A DNA stretch of 64,000 nt from an uncultured Bacteroidales bacterium. GTDB lineage: Bacteria > Bacteroidota > Bacteroidia > Bacteroidales > JAGOPY01. Both the position numbers and the translations under genes were made by a program. Where the stretch lies: contig CAZMOK010000007.1 in NCBI GenBank assembly GCA_964567785.1, forward strand, positions 4,254 through 68,253, read 5' to 3'. Positions 1-9,909 of this stretch are shown one piece after another; the first letter of the stretch is position 1, and every line of letters begins with the position of its first letter. The notes below the pieces were generated by a model that saw only the letters and a list, made by a program, of their open reading frames with translations, did no database searches and was not told the origin of the DNA.

Positions 1-1
1 T

Positions 2-184
2 GTTATGGAAAGGGTTTTCATGGGTATGTCGCGCCGGATAAAGTTCAGGTCAGGAATGGAGCATGCTGTAAAGGACCTTAAAAAGGATTACATCGAATAC
101 GAAAAAGAGTTTTTCGCCTTTTTTCCCGATGTTATAAGCCATTCTGAAGAATTCATCCACGACCTTAACAACAGTGCAGAATAG
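2..184 (+). CDS. 3' end of an unidentified CDS (partial, continues upstream of the window)
   Basis: Frame 2 is open from the window edge to TAG at 182-184 (...KDYIEYEKEFFAFFPDVISHSEEFIHDLNNSAE*). No family recognised. Confidence 0.3.
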   Translation, partial: VMERVFMGMSRRIKFRSGMEHAVKDLKKDYIEYEKEFFAFFPDVISHSEEFIHDLNNSAE

Positions 185-247
185 CGAAAAATTTCCATAT
201 TTCAATAACTTTGTTCACCTAAAAACAAAAGGAAACCGATTAGCAAG

Positions 248-1477
248 ATGAATATTGAAGAGAAGATTGAAATCCTCAAAAAGGTTAGCATCTTCAGTGA
301 AGTCGATGAAAAAATACTTTACGGGCTCGCAGGTTCTTCCCGGGAGATGCATATCCTTAAAGGAAAGAAGATTTTCCGGAAAGGGGATGAGGGTGATGCA
401 CTGTATATTTTGGTTGAAGGTACGGTAAGGATACACGATGGCAACCATGTTCTTGCAAAGCTTGGGCAGGGGGAGGTCTTTGGAGAATATGCCCTGATAG
501 ACAAAGAAAAAAGATCGGCCACGGTAACCGCTGAAGAAAAATGCAGGGTACTGAAAATACTTCAATCAGATTTTTATGGCATAGCCGAAGGGAACAAGAA
601 CATCCTCCGCGGAGTCTTAAAGGTTCTGATAGGCAGGATGAGGGAGATGAACGAACTGGAAGAAAAGCTTTCCAGGTCTTACCTGAAAATCCGGAAACAG
701 AAAGAGCAGATAGAAGCACGCAATCAATCCATCAAAGATCAGAAAGCGCAGCTTGAGCAGCAGAATTATGATCTCACAAAACTGAATGAGGAAAAGAATC
801 ATCTTATAAGCATCCTTGTGCACCAGATCAAAAACCCCCTTACCAGCAGCCTGTGCCTTATAGATATGATGAAGGAAGAGGATGGCGATGAAGGGACAGA
901 GATCAGGAAAGAAAGCCTTGATGTGATCTCAAATTCTCTTAGGCGCATCAACAACCTTGTAAATGAGGAACTTGATGTTGATTCGATCGACTCTAAGGTG
1001 TTCGAACTCAAATATCAGAAAATACGACCCGACCTTATTATAAAAGAGTTGATAGAAAATTACGGCTATCTCCTTGACCAAAAGAGGATAGAAGTTACCA
1101 GCAACCTCGACAAAACAGAAACAGAGCTAAACAAGGTCTATTTCACGCAGATTGTGGATAACCTGATCTCAAACGCTTTTAAGGCAACCCCCGCTGAAGG
1201 GAAAATAAGTATCAATCTTTCTGATCAGGAAAGGAAGATACTTCTTGAGGTAACTGATGAAGGGCCGGGTCTTCCGGAAGACAAGGCCGGGGAAATTTTC
1301 AGTAGTTATGAGCGACAAACAACTATGCAGGATCAGCACAAACCGCCTGAAGGGCTTGGCCTGGCAATCGTTAAAAAATATTCGGATGCAATGGACGGAA
1401 AGGTCTGGGTTGATTCAGCCCCCGGAAAAGGGAGTTCCTTCTTTGTTGAACTCCCTAAAGTTACGAGTAAACGGTAA
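248..1477 (+). CDS. Soluble cyclic-nucleotide-binding domain / sensor histidine kinase fusion
   Basis: N-terminal cNMP-binding pattern (FRKGDEGDALYILVEGTVRI...GEVFGEYALIDKEKRSATVTA). A long coiled coil follows, then H-box LVHQIKNPLTS and ATPase boxes DNLISNAFKAT, VTDEGPGL and GLGLAIVKKY. No TM segment. Confidence 0.8.
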   Translation: MNIEEKIEILKKVSIFSEVDEKILYGLAGSSREMHILKGKKIFRKGDEGDALYILVEGTVRIHDGNHVLAKLGQGEVFGEYALIDKEKRSATVTAEEKCRVLKILQSDFYGIAEGNKNILRGVLKVLIGRMREMNELEEKLSRSYLKIRKQKEQIEARNQSIKDQKAQLEQQNYDLTKLNEEKNHLISILVHQIKNPLTSSLCLIDMMKEEDGDEGTEIRKESLDVISNSLRRINNLVNEELDVDSIDSKVFELKYQKIRPDLIIKELIENYGYLLDQKRIEVTSNLDKTETELNKVYFTQIVDNLISNAFKATPAEGKISINLSDQERKILLEVTDEGPGLPEDKAGEIFSSYERQTTMQDQHKPPEGLGLAIVKKYSDAMDGKVWVDSAPGKGSSFFVELPKVTSKR

Positions 1478-1871
1478 CAACGATCTTCCTGCCCCCTCCC
1501 CTGTTCCTGAACTCGCAAAGATAGACCCCCTGCCAGGTACCCAGGTTTAACCTTCCGCCTGTAATGGGAATGGTCAGCGATGATCCGGTAATTGATGATT
1601 TCCCATGGGCAGGCATATCGTCCGGTCCTTCGGTGGTATGGATGTAATCAGGGTTGTTCTCCGGGACCATCCTGTTGAAAATAGTTTCAAGGTCATCCCT
1701 TACACTCGGGTCGGCATTTTCATTAATGGTAAGCCCGGCTGAGGTGTGCCTGATGAAAATATTCATCAGGCCTGTGTCAGGCAGTTCCGGAAATTTATCA
1801 AGAATATGCCCGGTGATAAGGTGAAAGCCTCTTGTAAAAGAAGGTAAGGATATTTCTTTCTGAAAAACCAT
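1461..1871 (-). CDS. YjbQ/UPF0047 family protein (secondary thiamine-phosphate synthase-like)
   Basis: Family-typical stretches HTSAGLTINENADPSVRDDLE and TTEGPDDMPAHGKSS. Start moved to the internal ATG at 1871 (MVFQKE...) so it no longer overlaps the citrate synthase 3' end. Confidence 0.75.
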   Translation of the reverse strand: MVFQKEISLPSFTRGFHLITGHILDKFPELPDTGLMNIFIRHTSAGLTINENADPSVRDDLETIFNRMVPENNPDYIHTTEGPDDMPAHGKSSITGSSLTIPITGGRLNLGTWQGVYLCEFRNRGGGRKIVVTVYS

Positions 1872-1875
1872 ACTT

Positions 1876-3189
1876 TTATTCAGGATCTTTGATGCCTGCG
1901 ATTTTTTCAAGCATTTCGGTGGTCAGCGATTTTGGTCGCTCGAGCGGGTACATCAGGGCCCGGTCCCAGATAACGTTTGCAGCAATACCTATTGATCTTC
2001 CGATACCGAACAGGACAGTGTAAAAGTCATATTCCTTTACACCGTAATGCCACTGTATTATGCCCGACTGGGCATCCACATTAGGCCAGGGGTTCTTGGC
2101 CTTCCCTTGTTCCAGGAGTATCGGAGGCACTACTTTATAAAGTATATCCACATACTTGAAAAGTGTATCATCCTTAAGATGGTTCAGGCTGAATTCCCTT
2201 TGAATGGAATACCTGGGATCGGTCTTACGCAATACTGCATGGCCGAAACCGGGAATTACCATACCGGCATTAAGCGTATCCCATACAAATTGCTTGATCT
2301 CATCCTCTGATGGCTCCTGACCTCCCATCCTGTCGACCAGTTCCTGCAGCCATTGCAGCACATTCTGGCTCGCCAGTCCGTGAAGGGGACCTGCAAGACC
2401 GTTGATCATCGCCGAAATGGAAAGGTAGATATCTGAAAGGGAACTTGCAACCAGGTGACCTGTATGGGCACTCACGTTTCCACTTTCATGGTCGGAATGT
2501 ATAATAAAATGAAGTCTTGAAACATCATCATAGGGCTTGTCCTTACCCATCATAAATGCAAAATTACCTCCAAAGTCGAGGTTAGGGTTCGATTGGATAC
2601 GTTGCCCGTCCTTGTATAGCTTTGCATAAATATATGTTGCTATTTCAGGCAGCTTTGCCAGCAGGTTCATCGAATCTTCATACATCGGGTCCCAGTGGTC
2701 TTCCTTGGGGATGCCTGCAAAATATTTTTTCGTGAAGAAAGATTCGCGGTGCATTGATATAATGGCGGAAGAAAAGATCGTCATCGGGTGGCTGCAACAG
2801 GGAAAAGAATCGATCAGCTCGTAGATGTACCTTGGTACGATCCTCCTTTTTGCAAACTCGTCGACACAGTCAGAAACCTGCGATTCGGTCGGGACCTCCC
2901 CTGTAAGGAGAAGGTAGAACAATCCTTCCACATAAGGCATTTCTGCGCCTTTGGGTTTTGGCAGTTTCTCAAATACTTCAGGTAGGGTGTACCCGCGGTA
3001 CCTGATACCCTCATTGGGATCAAGGTAAGAAATGTCTGTTACGAGTGATTTAAGCCCCCGCATGCCGCCAAGAATCTTTCCAATAGTAACCTCATCTACA
3101 ACTACATCGGAATGTTCTTTCATGAGGCGCTTTGTACGCGGGCGCCATTCTTCTATTTTTTCGTGAAGCTTTTCTTTAAGTCCTGCCAT
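1876..3189 (-). CDS. gltA: Citrate synthase
   Basis: 437 aa with citrate synthase signatures GFGHAVLRKTDPRY and HSDHESGNVSAHT. Confidence 0.9.
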   Translation of the reverse strand: MAGLKEKLHEKIEEWRPRTKRLMKEHSDVVVDEVTIGKILGGMRGLKSLVTDISYLDPNEGIRYRGYTLPEVFEKLPKPKGAEMPYVEGLFYLLLTGEVPTESQVSDCVDEFAKRRIVPRYIYELIDSFPCCSHPMTIFSSAIISMHRESFFTKKYFAGIPKEDHWDPMYEDSMNLLAKLPEIATYIYAKLYKDGQRIQSNPNLDFGGNFAFMMGKDKPYDDVSRLHFIIHSDHESGNVSAHTGHLVASSLSDIYLSISAMINGLAGPLHGLASQNVLQWLQELVDRMGGQEPSEDEIKQFVWDTLNAGMVIPGFGHAVLRKTDPRYSIQREFSLNHLKDDTLFKYVDILYKVVPPILLEQGKAKNPWPNVDAQSGIIQWHYGVKEYDFYTVLFGIGRSIGIAANVIWDRALMYPLERPKSLTTEMLEKIAGIKDPE

Positions 3190-3222
3190 TTGTATCAGAA
3201 ATTTAAATTATTATATTGAATA

Positions 3223-4590
3223 TCACATGTTTTCGATGATGGCCGTACCGAATTCCGAGCATTTTAGCAAGGTAGCACCTTCCATCTGCCTGTGATAGTC
3301 GTAAGTGACCTTTTTCTGCGAAATAGTCTTTTCTAAACCCTTCCATATCAGGTCATGTACTTCGTTCCATCCCATATACTTAAACATCATACTGCCCGAT
3401 ATGATAACCGAGCCCGGATTAACCTTATCCAGACCGGCATATTTTGGTGCCGTGCCGTGTGTTGCTTCAAAAATAGCGTGCCCTGACTCGTAATTGATGT
3501 TTGCCCCGGGGGCAATCCCTATCCCTCCTACCTGGGCTGCCAGGGCATCCGAAAGATAGTCACCGTTCAGGTTCATTGTTGCTACTACATCAAATTCATT
3601 TGCACGTGTAAGGACCTGTTGAAGCGTAATATCAGCTATCGTGTCTTTTATCAGGATCATGTCTTTCCACTTTCCATCGCCATGGGTTGGAATAAGTTTA
3701 TAGGCCTCTTCCACTTCCTGACGTATGGTTGCCTGCTGGTCCTTTGTCATCATATCATACCCCGGTTCGACGGCACGGGCATTCTCTTCAGCCGTTATAC
3801 CGGGATTTTTTTCAACATTACCGAGTATCCAGCTTTCGCGTTGAGTAATGACCTTGTCCCTGAACTCCGAAACGGCCAGTTCGTACCCCCAGTTCTTGAA
3901 TGCACCTTCGGTGAATTTCATTATATTGCCCTTGTGCACCAGTGTAACCGATTTCCTGTTTTCATGGATGGCATAGTTTATCGCAGCCCTCACAAGGCGT
4001 TGCGTGCCTTCCTCCGAAACCGGCTTGATACCAATTCCTGAAGATTTGGGGAAACGGATCTTCTTTACTCCCATTTCATTCAGGATAAAATCGATTACTT
4101 TCTGCACCTCATCAGTTCCCTTCATCCATTCAATACCTGCATAAATATCTTCTGTATTTTCCCTGAAGATAACCATATCAACGTCTTCAGGCTTCCTGAC
4201 CGGGGAGGGGACACCGGTTATGTACTTTACGGGGCGGAGACAAACATAAAGATCAAGCGTTTGCCTTAGTGCCACATTCAGCGACCTGATACCGCCACCT
4301 ACCGGTGTGGTCAACGGACCTTTAATACCTACCAGGTACTCCTTGAAAGTATCCACTGTTTCCTGAGGAAGCCATTCTCCGGATTTGTTAAATGAAAACT
4401 CACCCGCATATACCTCTTTCCAGTAGACCTTCCTCTTACCTCCATAAGCCTTCTCTACAGCGGCATCAAAAACTCTCTGCGAAGTTGCCCATATATCAGG
4501 GCCAGTGCCGTCGCCCTTGATGAAAGGTAAAATTGGTTCATCGGGTACCTGTAGCTTCCCGTTGCTTATTGTGATCTTCTCTCCTTGCAT
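3223..4590 (-). CDS. icd: NADP-dependent isocitrate dehydrogenase
   Basis: 455 aa with iso(propylmalate/citrate) dehydrogenase motifs [18 protein letters not shown] and [26 protein letters not shown]. Adjacent to citrate synthase. Confidence 0.9.
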   Translation of the reverse strand: MQGEKITISNGKLQVPDEPILPFIKGDGTGPDIWATSQRVFDAAVEKAYGGKRKVYWKEVYAGEFSFNKSGEWLPQETVDTFKEYLVGIKGPLTTPVGGGIRSLNVALRQTLDLYVCLRPVKYITGVPSPVRKPEDVDMVIFRENTEDIYAGIEWMKGTDEVQKVIDFILNEMGVKKIRFPKSSGIGIKPVSEEGTQRLVRAAINYAIHENRKSVTLVHKGNIMKFTEGAFKNWGYELAVSEFRDKVITQRESWILGNVEKNPGITAEENARAVEPGYDMMTKDQQATIRQEVEEAYKLIPTHGDGKWKDMILIKDTIADITLQQVLTRANEFDVVATMNLNGDYLSDALAAQVGGIGIAPGANINYESGHAIFEATHGTAPKYAGLDKVNPGSVIISGSMMFKYMGWNEVHDLIWKGLEKTISQKKVTYDYHRQMEGATLLKCSEFGTAIIENM

Positions 4591-4732
4591 AGTGGTTTAA
4601 CCAATTAATGTATGAATATTGATTAATAAATATTATGGAAATGGGAAGTTCAAAAGTACAAAGATTATGTATCCATACTAACAACGTTCCTTATTTTTTG
4701 TTTGCTCTAAATAACAGTTGCTGAGGAGGATA

Positions 4733-4764
4733 AAAAAAAACCGGAAACTGTTGTCCCGGTTTTT
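4733..4764 (-). terminator. Rho-independent terminator downstream of the C1 peptidase gene
   Basis: On the minus strand the hairpin AACCGGGAC-aaca-GTTTCCGGTT is followed by a T9 run (plus-strand A-run 4733-4740). Confidence 0.6.
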
Positions 4765-4792
4765 AAATTAAAGATGTTAATAAACTTAAGTA

Positions 4793-6007
4793 CTAAAAGC
4801 CAAGCTTTTCTTTAATAATATTGGGTATGGCATCTTTATGCACCATTATGTCGATGGTCTTGTAAGCAACAAATGGTTTTGAAGCATAAAAATAGCCTTC
4901 GTAATCATTCCCATCGGTGCCCCATGAATTCTTTACAAGGTAATACTCATTACCGTCCTGGTCTTCGGCCATGCCGGTAATATGCATTCCATGGTCGTCG
5001 GTTGTCTGGTAATTATCGAATGCTTCCTGCCTCATCTCCTGTGTTATCACTTTTTCCTTGCCGGGGCCTTCAAATTTATACAGCATTTTCTGTTTTTCTT
5101 TTTCGGTGAGGGCTTCCCACCTTTCCCTTTCGGTCCCGGTCATGTCATCCAGATCGGCTTCGGGAACAATGGCCACACCATTCTTCCACGAGAAACCTTT
5201 TTCACTGACATCAGCGCCCCAGGCTACGGTGTAACCGTTTTCCAGTGCATTGTCAATAACCTCCATCATTTCCTCAAGCGGCACGTTGTATATCTCATCC
5301 AGCATCCAATTATCAGGCACTTCAATTATGAACTTTTCATAGAAAGGATGATGCGTATATGAACCTATTTCAATGTAGTCATCCATATCGAGGCCGAGGC
5401 TCTGCGCAAATGTGCCCGGAGTATATTCCTTTCCTTCATAGATAAACCTGTCGGGGTATTCACCCAGGTAAGCATCGAGGATTCCTGCGAGGCCTTCCTT
5501 CCATGCAGGCGTCAGCTTCCTGTTCTTGTTTTTCATTACACCGTCCATATAACCCTTGATCGCTGCGTCCATCTCTCCGTGGACATGTCCTTCCTCACCG
5601 ATTACCTTGCCGCTGTAAACTGATTCGGGGACAATCCCGACATTGTCTATGATCTCTGTCACATCATGGAAAGCACCTCCGGCACCGAAGTTGACATTTC
5701 CGTGCCATCTTATGTAGCGCTCGGCCTTGTCATAATATGTATTCCATACGATGAACATCTCTGAAAGATCGTATTCACCTTTTCCCTGCCTGAGAAGCTC
5801 GGCTTCGAAAAATGAGGTGGATGCAAAGCTCCAGCAGGTGCCCGACCTGTGCTGGTCTTTGACACTGGTTACGGGGATCTCCTTCAATACCGTAAATTCA
5901 TAGCCTTTTTTTTCCTCTTTATCCTCCTCCTGTGCCTGAATGAAAGCAGGCAAGATCATGAAGATCATGAAAAAGGAGAAAAACCGGGTCAAATTTTTTC
6001 TTTTCAT
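4793..6007 (-). CDS. Secreted C1-family cysteine peptidase (aminopeptidase C / bleomycin hydrolase-like)
   Basis: Catalytic Cys context QHRSGTCWSFASTSFFE and C-terminal HGMHITG...NSWG. Start set at ATG 6007 (MKRKNLTRFFSFFMIFMILPAFIQA, a signal peptide). The longer ORF would run into pssA. Confidence 0.8.
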   Translation of the reverse strand: MKRKNLTRFFSFFMIFMILPAFIQAQEEDKEEKKGYEFTVLKEIPVTSVKDQHRSGTCWSFASTSFFEAELLRQGKGEYDLSEMFIVWNTYYDKAERYIRWHGNVNFGAGGAFHDVTEIIDNVGIVPESVYSGKVIGEEGHVHGEMDAAIKGYMDGVMKNKNRKLTPAWKEGLAGILDAYLGEYPDRFIYEGKEYTPGTFAQSLGLDMDDYIEIGSYTHHPFYEKFIIEVPDNWMLDEIYNVPLEEMMEVIDNALENGYTVAWGADVSEKGFSWKNGVAIVPEADLDDMTGTERERWEALTEKEKQKMLYKFEGPGKEKVITQEMRQEAFDNYQTTDDHGMHITGMAEDQDGNEYYLVKNSWGTDGNDYEGYFYASKPFVAYKTIDIMVHKDAIPNIIKEKLGF

Positions 6008-6018
6008 AGCTTCTTCAA

Positions 6019-6738
6019 TTAATTTCTGATTGTTTTGGTTTCTATTAACGACAATGATATATAACTGAAAACGATCAAAGGTAATGCGGCACACTGAATT
6101 AAAATCACCAGGACTAACGAAAGGCCGATAAGCAGGAACCGGGAGCTGTTCTCGGTCCACCGCAAGTTTTTGAACTTCATGGTTAGCATGGGTATCTTCG
6201 AGATCATGAGCACAGAAATGACAAACACCACAGCAATGAGGACCCAGTGATTTGACAGAATAGCAAACAGGGCCTCCAGATCAGAATAGCGGTTCTTGAT
6301 CAGTGGAAGTGATGCTATAAACAGTCCTCCGGCCGGTGCGGGCAGTCCTTTGAAATGGTCTGTCCCCGATTCTGTGCCTGAAAACCTTGCCAGCCGCCAG
6401 GCTGCTGAAACAACAACCAGAAGGGAAATGAATGGCAAGAGAGGCAGCCCTTCCCCGGGAATACCCACGACATGATTTGTTTGTTCAAGCAATTGATAAA
6501 TTACCACTGCAGGGGCCATGCCAAAAGAAACCACATCGGCCAGTGAATCGAGAATATTCCCTATCTCACTCTTGGCATCCAGCAGGCGGGCTGCAAGTCC
6601 ATCGAAAAGGTCGAAAATGGCGGCAAAAATTATGAACCACCCCCCTAAAAGAGGATAGCCCGAAAGTGTCAATAGTATGGATGAGGCCCCCAGGGCCAGG
6701 TTAACTAAAGTAAGAATATTGGGTATATGCCTGATCAT
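6019..6738 (-). CDS. pssA: CDP-diacylglycerol--serine O-phosphatidyltransferase (CDP-alcohol phosphatidyltransferase family)
   Basis: Motif DLFDGLAARLLDAKSEIGNILDSLADVV (D-x2-DG-x2-AR...G-x3-D-x3-D). Multiple TM helices. Confidence 0.8.
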   Translation of the reverse strand: MIRHIPNILTLVNLALGASSILLTLSGYPLLGGWFIIFAAIFDLFDGLAARLLDAKSEIGNILDSLADVVSFGMAPAVVIYQLLEQTNHVVGIPGEGLPLLPFISLLVVVSAAWRLARFSGTESGTDHFKGLPAPAGGLFIASLPLIKNRYSDLEALFAILSNHWVLIAVVFVISVLMISKIPMLTMKFKNLRWTENSSRFLLIGLSLVLVILIQCAALPLIVFSYISLSLIETKTIRN

Positions 6739-6755
6739 CGCTTTTTAAAACCACG

Positions 6756-7454
6756 TCAGCCGATTTCGCTGATACGTTGCAGTTTATCCGGATCCACTAA
6801 GGTAATGTTCTTTCCGCATACCGCAAGGTAACCTTCGTCCTTAAAATCCTTCATAATACGGATCACACTTTCGGTCGACATTCCTGTAAGTTCGGCAAGG
6901 TCGTTCCTCGACAAGGGAAGGTCGAAGCTGTCGCTCTTAAAGATCCTTTGCGCAAGACAGAGCAATATGTCGGCCAGCCTTCCGTGCAATTGCTTGCTTA
7001 CAAGACAATAGAACCGCCCGTATGTCTGAGAGGTGTTTTCATTGAGAATATCAATTATCCTTGACGCAAAAGGTGCGTTCTGCCGGATGATCTGTTTGAA
7101 AACATTTATATCGATAAGCGTTACCCGGGAGTCTATGTAAGTGCTTACAGAATAAAGAAACGTATTGTTTCCCTCAAATATCGATGGAAGGCCTATCATC
7201 CTTCCCGGAGGCGTGATAGTAAGGATCAGGTTCCTGGGTTTTCCCTCAATATAGCTCTTTACCAATCCTTCCTCCAGTAAAATAATGTTGGAAGCAAAAG
7301 TCCCCTGCTTGCAGATCGTTTCACCTTTTTTATAGGTGATCTCAACCGAGTTTTGCTCAACAAGGGCCTTTTCCTCATCACTTAGCAGGTTGAAGCATGC
7401 TACCTCACTGAGGAACGTTGCACAGGTGTTCTTATAGTCTTTATTGTTAGCCAT
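6756..7454 (-). CDS. Crp/Fnr family transcriptional regulator (paralog 1)
   Basis: cNMP-binding-like barrel plus C-terminal HTH (LSRNDLAELTGMSTESVIRIMKDFKDEG). Start set at ATG 7454 (MANNKDYK...). Clear paralog of the regulator at 29814-30500. Confidence 0.85.
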   Translation of the reverse strand: MANNKDYKNTCATFLSEVACFNLLSDEEKALVEQNSVEITYKKGETICKQGTFASNIILLEEGLVKSYIEGKPRNLILTITPPGRMIGLPSIFEGNNTFLYSVSTYIDSRVTLIDINVFKQIIRQNAPFASRIIDILNENTSQTYGRFYCLVSKQLHGRLADILLCLAQRIFKSDSFDLPLSRNDLAELTGMSTESVIRIMKDFKDEGYLAVCGKNITLVDPDKLQRISEIG

Positions 7455-7497
7455 ATTTAAGTATCGAAATGCAAAAATACGAAACAAAACAGTTAGG

Positions 7498-7517
7498 AAA
7501 CTGATCCAAATCAGTTT
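7498..7517. promoter_or_regulatory. Perfect 8+8 palindrome AAACTGAT-ccaa-ATCAGTTT (FNR-box-like CTGAT-N4-ATCAG)
   Basis: Read directly from the sequence. It lies 44 nt upstream of the Crp/Fnr paralog-1 start, in the divergent intergenic region. Confidence 0.5.
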
Positions 7518-7591
7518 TTAATTGATCTAAAACAATGATTTTCATCTTCTATACCCTATTGCTGCATACCCGACTTAACAATTAGTTAATA

Positions 7592-7616
7592 TAGTTTTGC
7601 TGTGAATAATTTAACA
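7592..7616 (+). promoter_or_regulatory. Putative Bacteroidota -7 box TAGTTTTG immediately followed by the CRP-like box TGTGA-ataatt-TAACA
   Basis: TAnnTTTG match at 7592-7599. TGTGA-N6-TAACA at 7601-7616 has one mismatch to TGTGA-N6-TCACA. It lies about 60 nt upstream of the rhodanese lipoprotein start. Confidence 0.4.
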
Positions 7617-7677
7617 ATATTCTACTTACAATAAGGGATGAACCATAAAAAGATTTACTAATTAAAAACTTATTAAA

Positions 7678-8652
7678 ATGAAAAAGCTATTTAATCTTTC
7701 TATTCTGTTTGCACTGCTTCCTCTTTTTGTTATTACTTCCTGTAATAAAGACGATGAAGACGATCCGCAACCACAGGATAACAAATTTGAAGTACTGAAA
7801 GACTACCTCGTCGACAACAACATGGACCTTGACGATATTCTTGACGGCTGGATCACCACTGCATCGGCAGTAAATGGAAAGTCGACCGACGATTATTTCT
7901 TTATTGACTTAAGAAGCCAGGAAGATTTCGACGACGGACACATTGAAGGCGCCAGGAATACAACGCTGGCCAATGTGCTGGATGTTGCCTCAGAAGCAAC
8001 CAAACCTATTATCGTTGTTTGTTATACAGGCCAGACTGCAGGACATGCGGTTGTTGCACTGCGCCTTAGCGGATATACAGATGCGAAAGTACTGAAGTGG
8101 GGAATGAGCGGATGGAACTCCAATAATTCTGATCCATGGCTCAGTAAAGTAGGCAATGTAGCTTCAGGCAATGCAAACTGGATCGCCGCGCCCGGTGAAA
8201 TTGCAGCTTCAATTGATTTCAACAAATACCCAACCATCACCTCAAGCTACGATGATGGGGTAAATATCCTTAACCAGCGTATTGCCACATTGCTCGAAGA
8301 TGGTTTCAATAGCGTGGCCAACACCGCTGTTCTGGACGATCCTTCTTCTTACTGCATCAACAACTACTGGGCAGAAACCGATGTGACCAAATACGGCAAT
8401 ATCTCAGGGGCCTACAGGCTTCAGCCGCTCTCGATCAGTGGTGATGAGATCAAATATCTCGATCCGGATAAAACAGTAGTAACTTACTGCTGGACAGGCC
8501 AGACCTCTTCAATGATAACCGCTTACCTGAAAGTTCTCGGTTACGACGCCAAGAGCCTAACCTTTGGCGCCAATGGCATGATATACGACGACCTGGAAGG
8601 CCATAAATTCAGCACTCCTACAACTGATTACCCGGTTGTGGATTCAAACTGA
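7678..8652 (+). CDS. Tandem-rhodanese-domain lipoprotein (both domains keep an active-site Cys)
   Basis: Lipobox LFVITSC. Two rhodanese loops, VVCYTGQTAGH and VTYCWTGQTSS. Confidence 0.8.
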   Translation: MKKLFNLSILFALLPLFVITSCNKDDEDDPQPQDNKFEVLKDYLVDNNMDLDDILDGWITTASAVNGKSTDDYFFIDLRSQEDFDDGHIEGARNTTLANVLDVASEATKPIIVVCYTGQTAGHAVVALRLSGYTDAKVLKWGMSGWNSNNSDPWLSKVGNVASGNANWIAAPGEIAASIDFNKYPTITSSYDDGVNILNQRIATLLEDGFNSVANTAVLDDPSSYCINNYWAETDVTKYGNISGAYRLQPLSISGDEIKYLDPDKTVVTYCWTGQTSSMITAYLKVLGYDAKSLTFGANGMIYDDLEGHKFSTPTTDYPVVDSN

Positions 8653-8767
8653 GCCAATAATTAAGCTTTCATGACATAGTTCTTTGAAAAGGGTAATTCG
8701 AGGTGGCTGGCCGTCAGGTGCAGAGACCCGGGTTACCCTTTCAGTTTTATCAAAAATCATTAAATAA

Positions 8768-9859
8768 TTGAAGATCATGCAGAAGATATTATCCGGATTA
8801 GCAGTGTTAGCTCTGATCCTCTTTTCAGGCCAGGCATTCTCACAGGGTTGTATGGACTCAGGTGATGAAACTGTTAAAGTTATAGGATTTGCCCAACCGC
8901 AGTTCAATATGGACATGAACGGCGTAGATATGGAAGGGGCACCCATCGATGATAAAAATTCATTCTTGTTCAACAGGGCACGCTTTGGTGTAACAGGTAA
9001 TATCCCTTATGACATTACCTATTATGCTTCCGCAGAATTTAGCCCTACTCTCGGCGGTCCGTACCTGTGTGATGTTTTTGTAACATATACCGGTCTTGGA
9101 AATTGGGCCAACTTTACCATTGGTCAGTACAAAGCTCCATTCGGACTGGAGCTTTCAACTCCCTGCCATATGCTTCACACTATAAACCGATCGAGGGTTG
9201 TTGGCGAACTGGCAAGCCCGTTCCGCGATATGGGTCTTATGGTCTGGGGCGGCACCGGAGATAAGCTCGGAAAACATACTAATGTTCTCCAGTGGCATCT
9301 TGCAGTAATGAATGGCTCCGGCATCAACGAACTCGACGATAACCTGGGTAAGGATATTGTTGCCAGGGTGGTTGTCTCCCCGTGGGAATGGCTGAAGATA
9401 GGCGGAAGCTTTAAGACCGGAAAACAAAAACCGGCCTCATCAGATGTTGAAAAAGAAGACGAAAGGACCCGCTATGGCGCTGATGTACATTTTGAAATGG
9501 CCAATTTCATTGTTCAGGGTGAATACATCTACGGACAGGATAAAGGATCCTCCCTCGAAGGTGGTGGCTGCGGACAGGACCCAACACCAGTGCTGGGTGA
9601 TTTCACTAAAAGCGGATACTTTTTCCAGGCCCTTTACATGACACCAATCAGGCTGCAGCCTGTTGTGAAGTATGAATACTTCACCCCTGATGTTGACAAT
9701 GCCTCAGACAATATGGTAACTACCTGGACATTAGGCTTTAACTATTTCCTGAACGACTGGTCGAGGGTGCAGGTAAATTATCTCATCAATAATGATGAAA
9801 GCCCTGTAAAACACTACCAGAGCCAACTCCAGGTACAGGTACAGGCAGTCATTCCATAG
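8768..9859 (+). CDS. Outer-membrane porin, phosphate-selective porin O/P-like (anion-type)
   Basis: Signal peptide, then FNRARFGVTG and GQYKAPFGLE patterns typical of OprO/OprP-like porins. Beta-strand-like alternating sequence. The C-terminus lacks the usual terminal Phe. Confidence 0.65.
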   Translation: MKIMQKILSGLAVLALILFSGQAFSQGCMDSGDETVKVIGFAQPQFNMDMNGVDMEGAPIDDKNSFLFNRARFGVTGNIPYDITYYASAEFSPTLGGPYLCDVFVTYTGLGNWANFTIGQYKAPFGLELSTPCHMLHTINRSRVVGELASPFRDMGLMVWGGTGDKLGKHTNVLQWHLAVMNGSGINELDDNLGKDIVARVVVSPWEWLKIGGSFKTGKQKPASSDVEKEDERTRYGADVHFEMANFIVQGEYIYGQDKGSSLEGGGCGQDPTPVLGDFTKSGYFFQALYMTPIRLQPVVKYEYFTPDVDNASDNMVTTWTLGFNYFLNDWSRVQVNYLINNDESPVKHYQSQLQVQVQAVIP

Positions 9860-9909
9860 TAGCTGATATTTTATTTAAAATTGTAAAACCAAATAAATAC
9901 TTACTAAAA

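Noticed and set aside
6008-6160. N-terminal 51-codon extension of the C1 peptidase ORF.
   Set aside because: It would overlap the 3' part of pssA by about 140 nt. The internal ATG at 6007 is followed by a canonical signal peptide.
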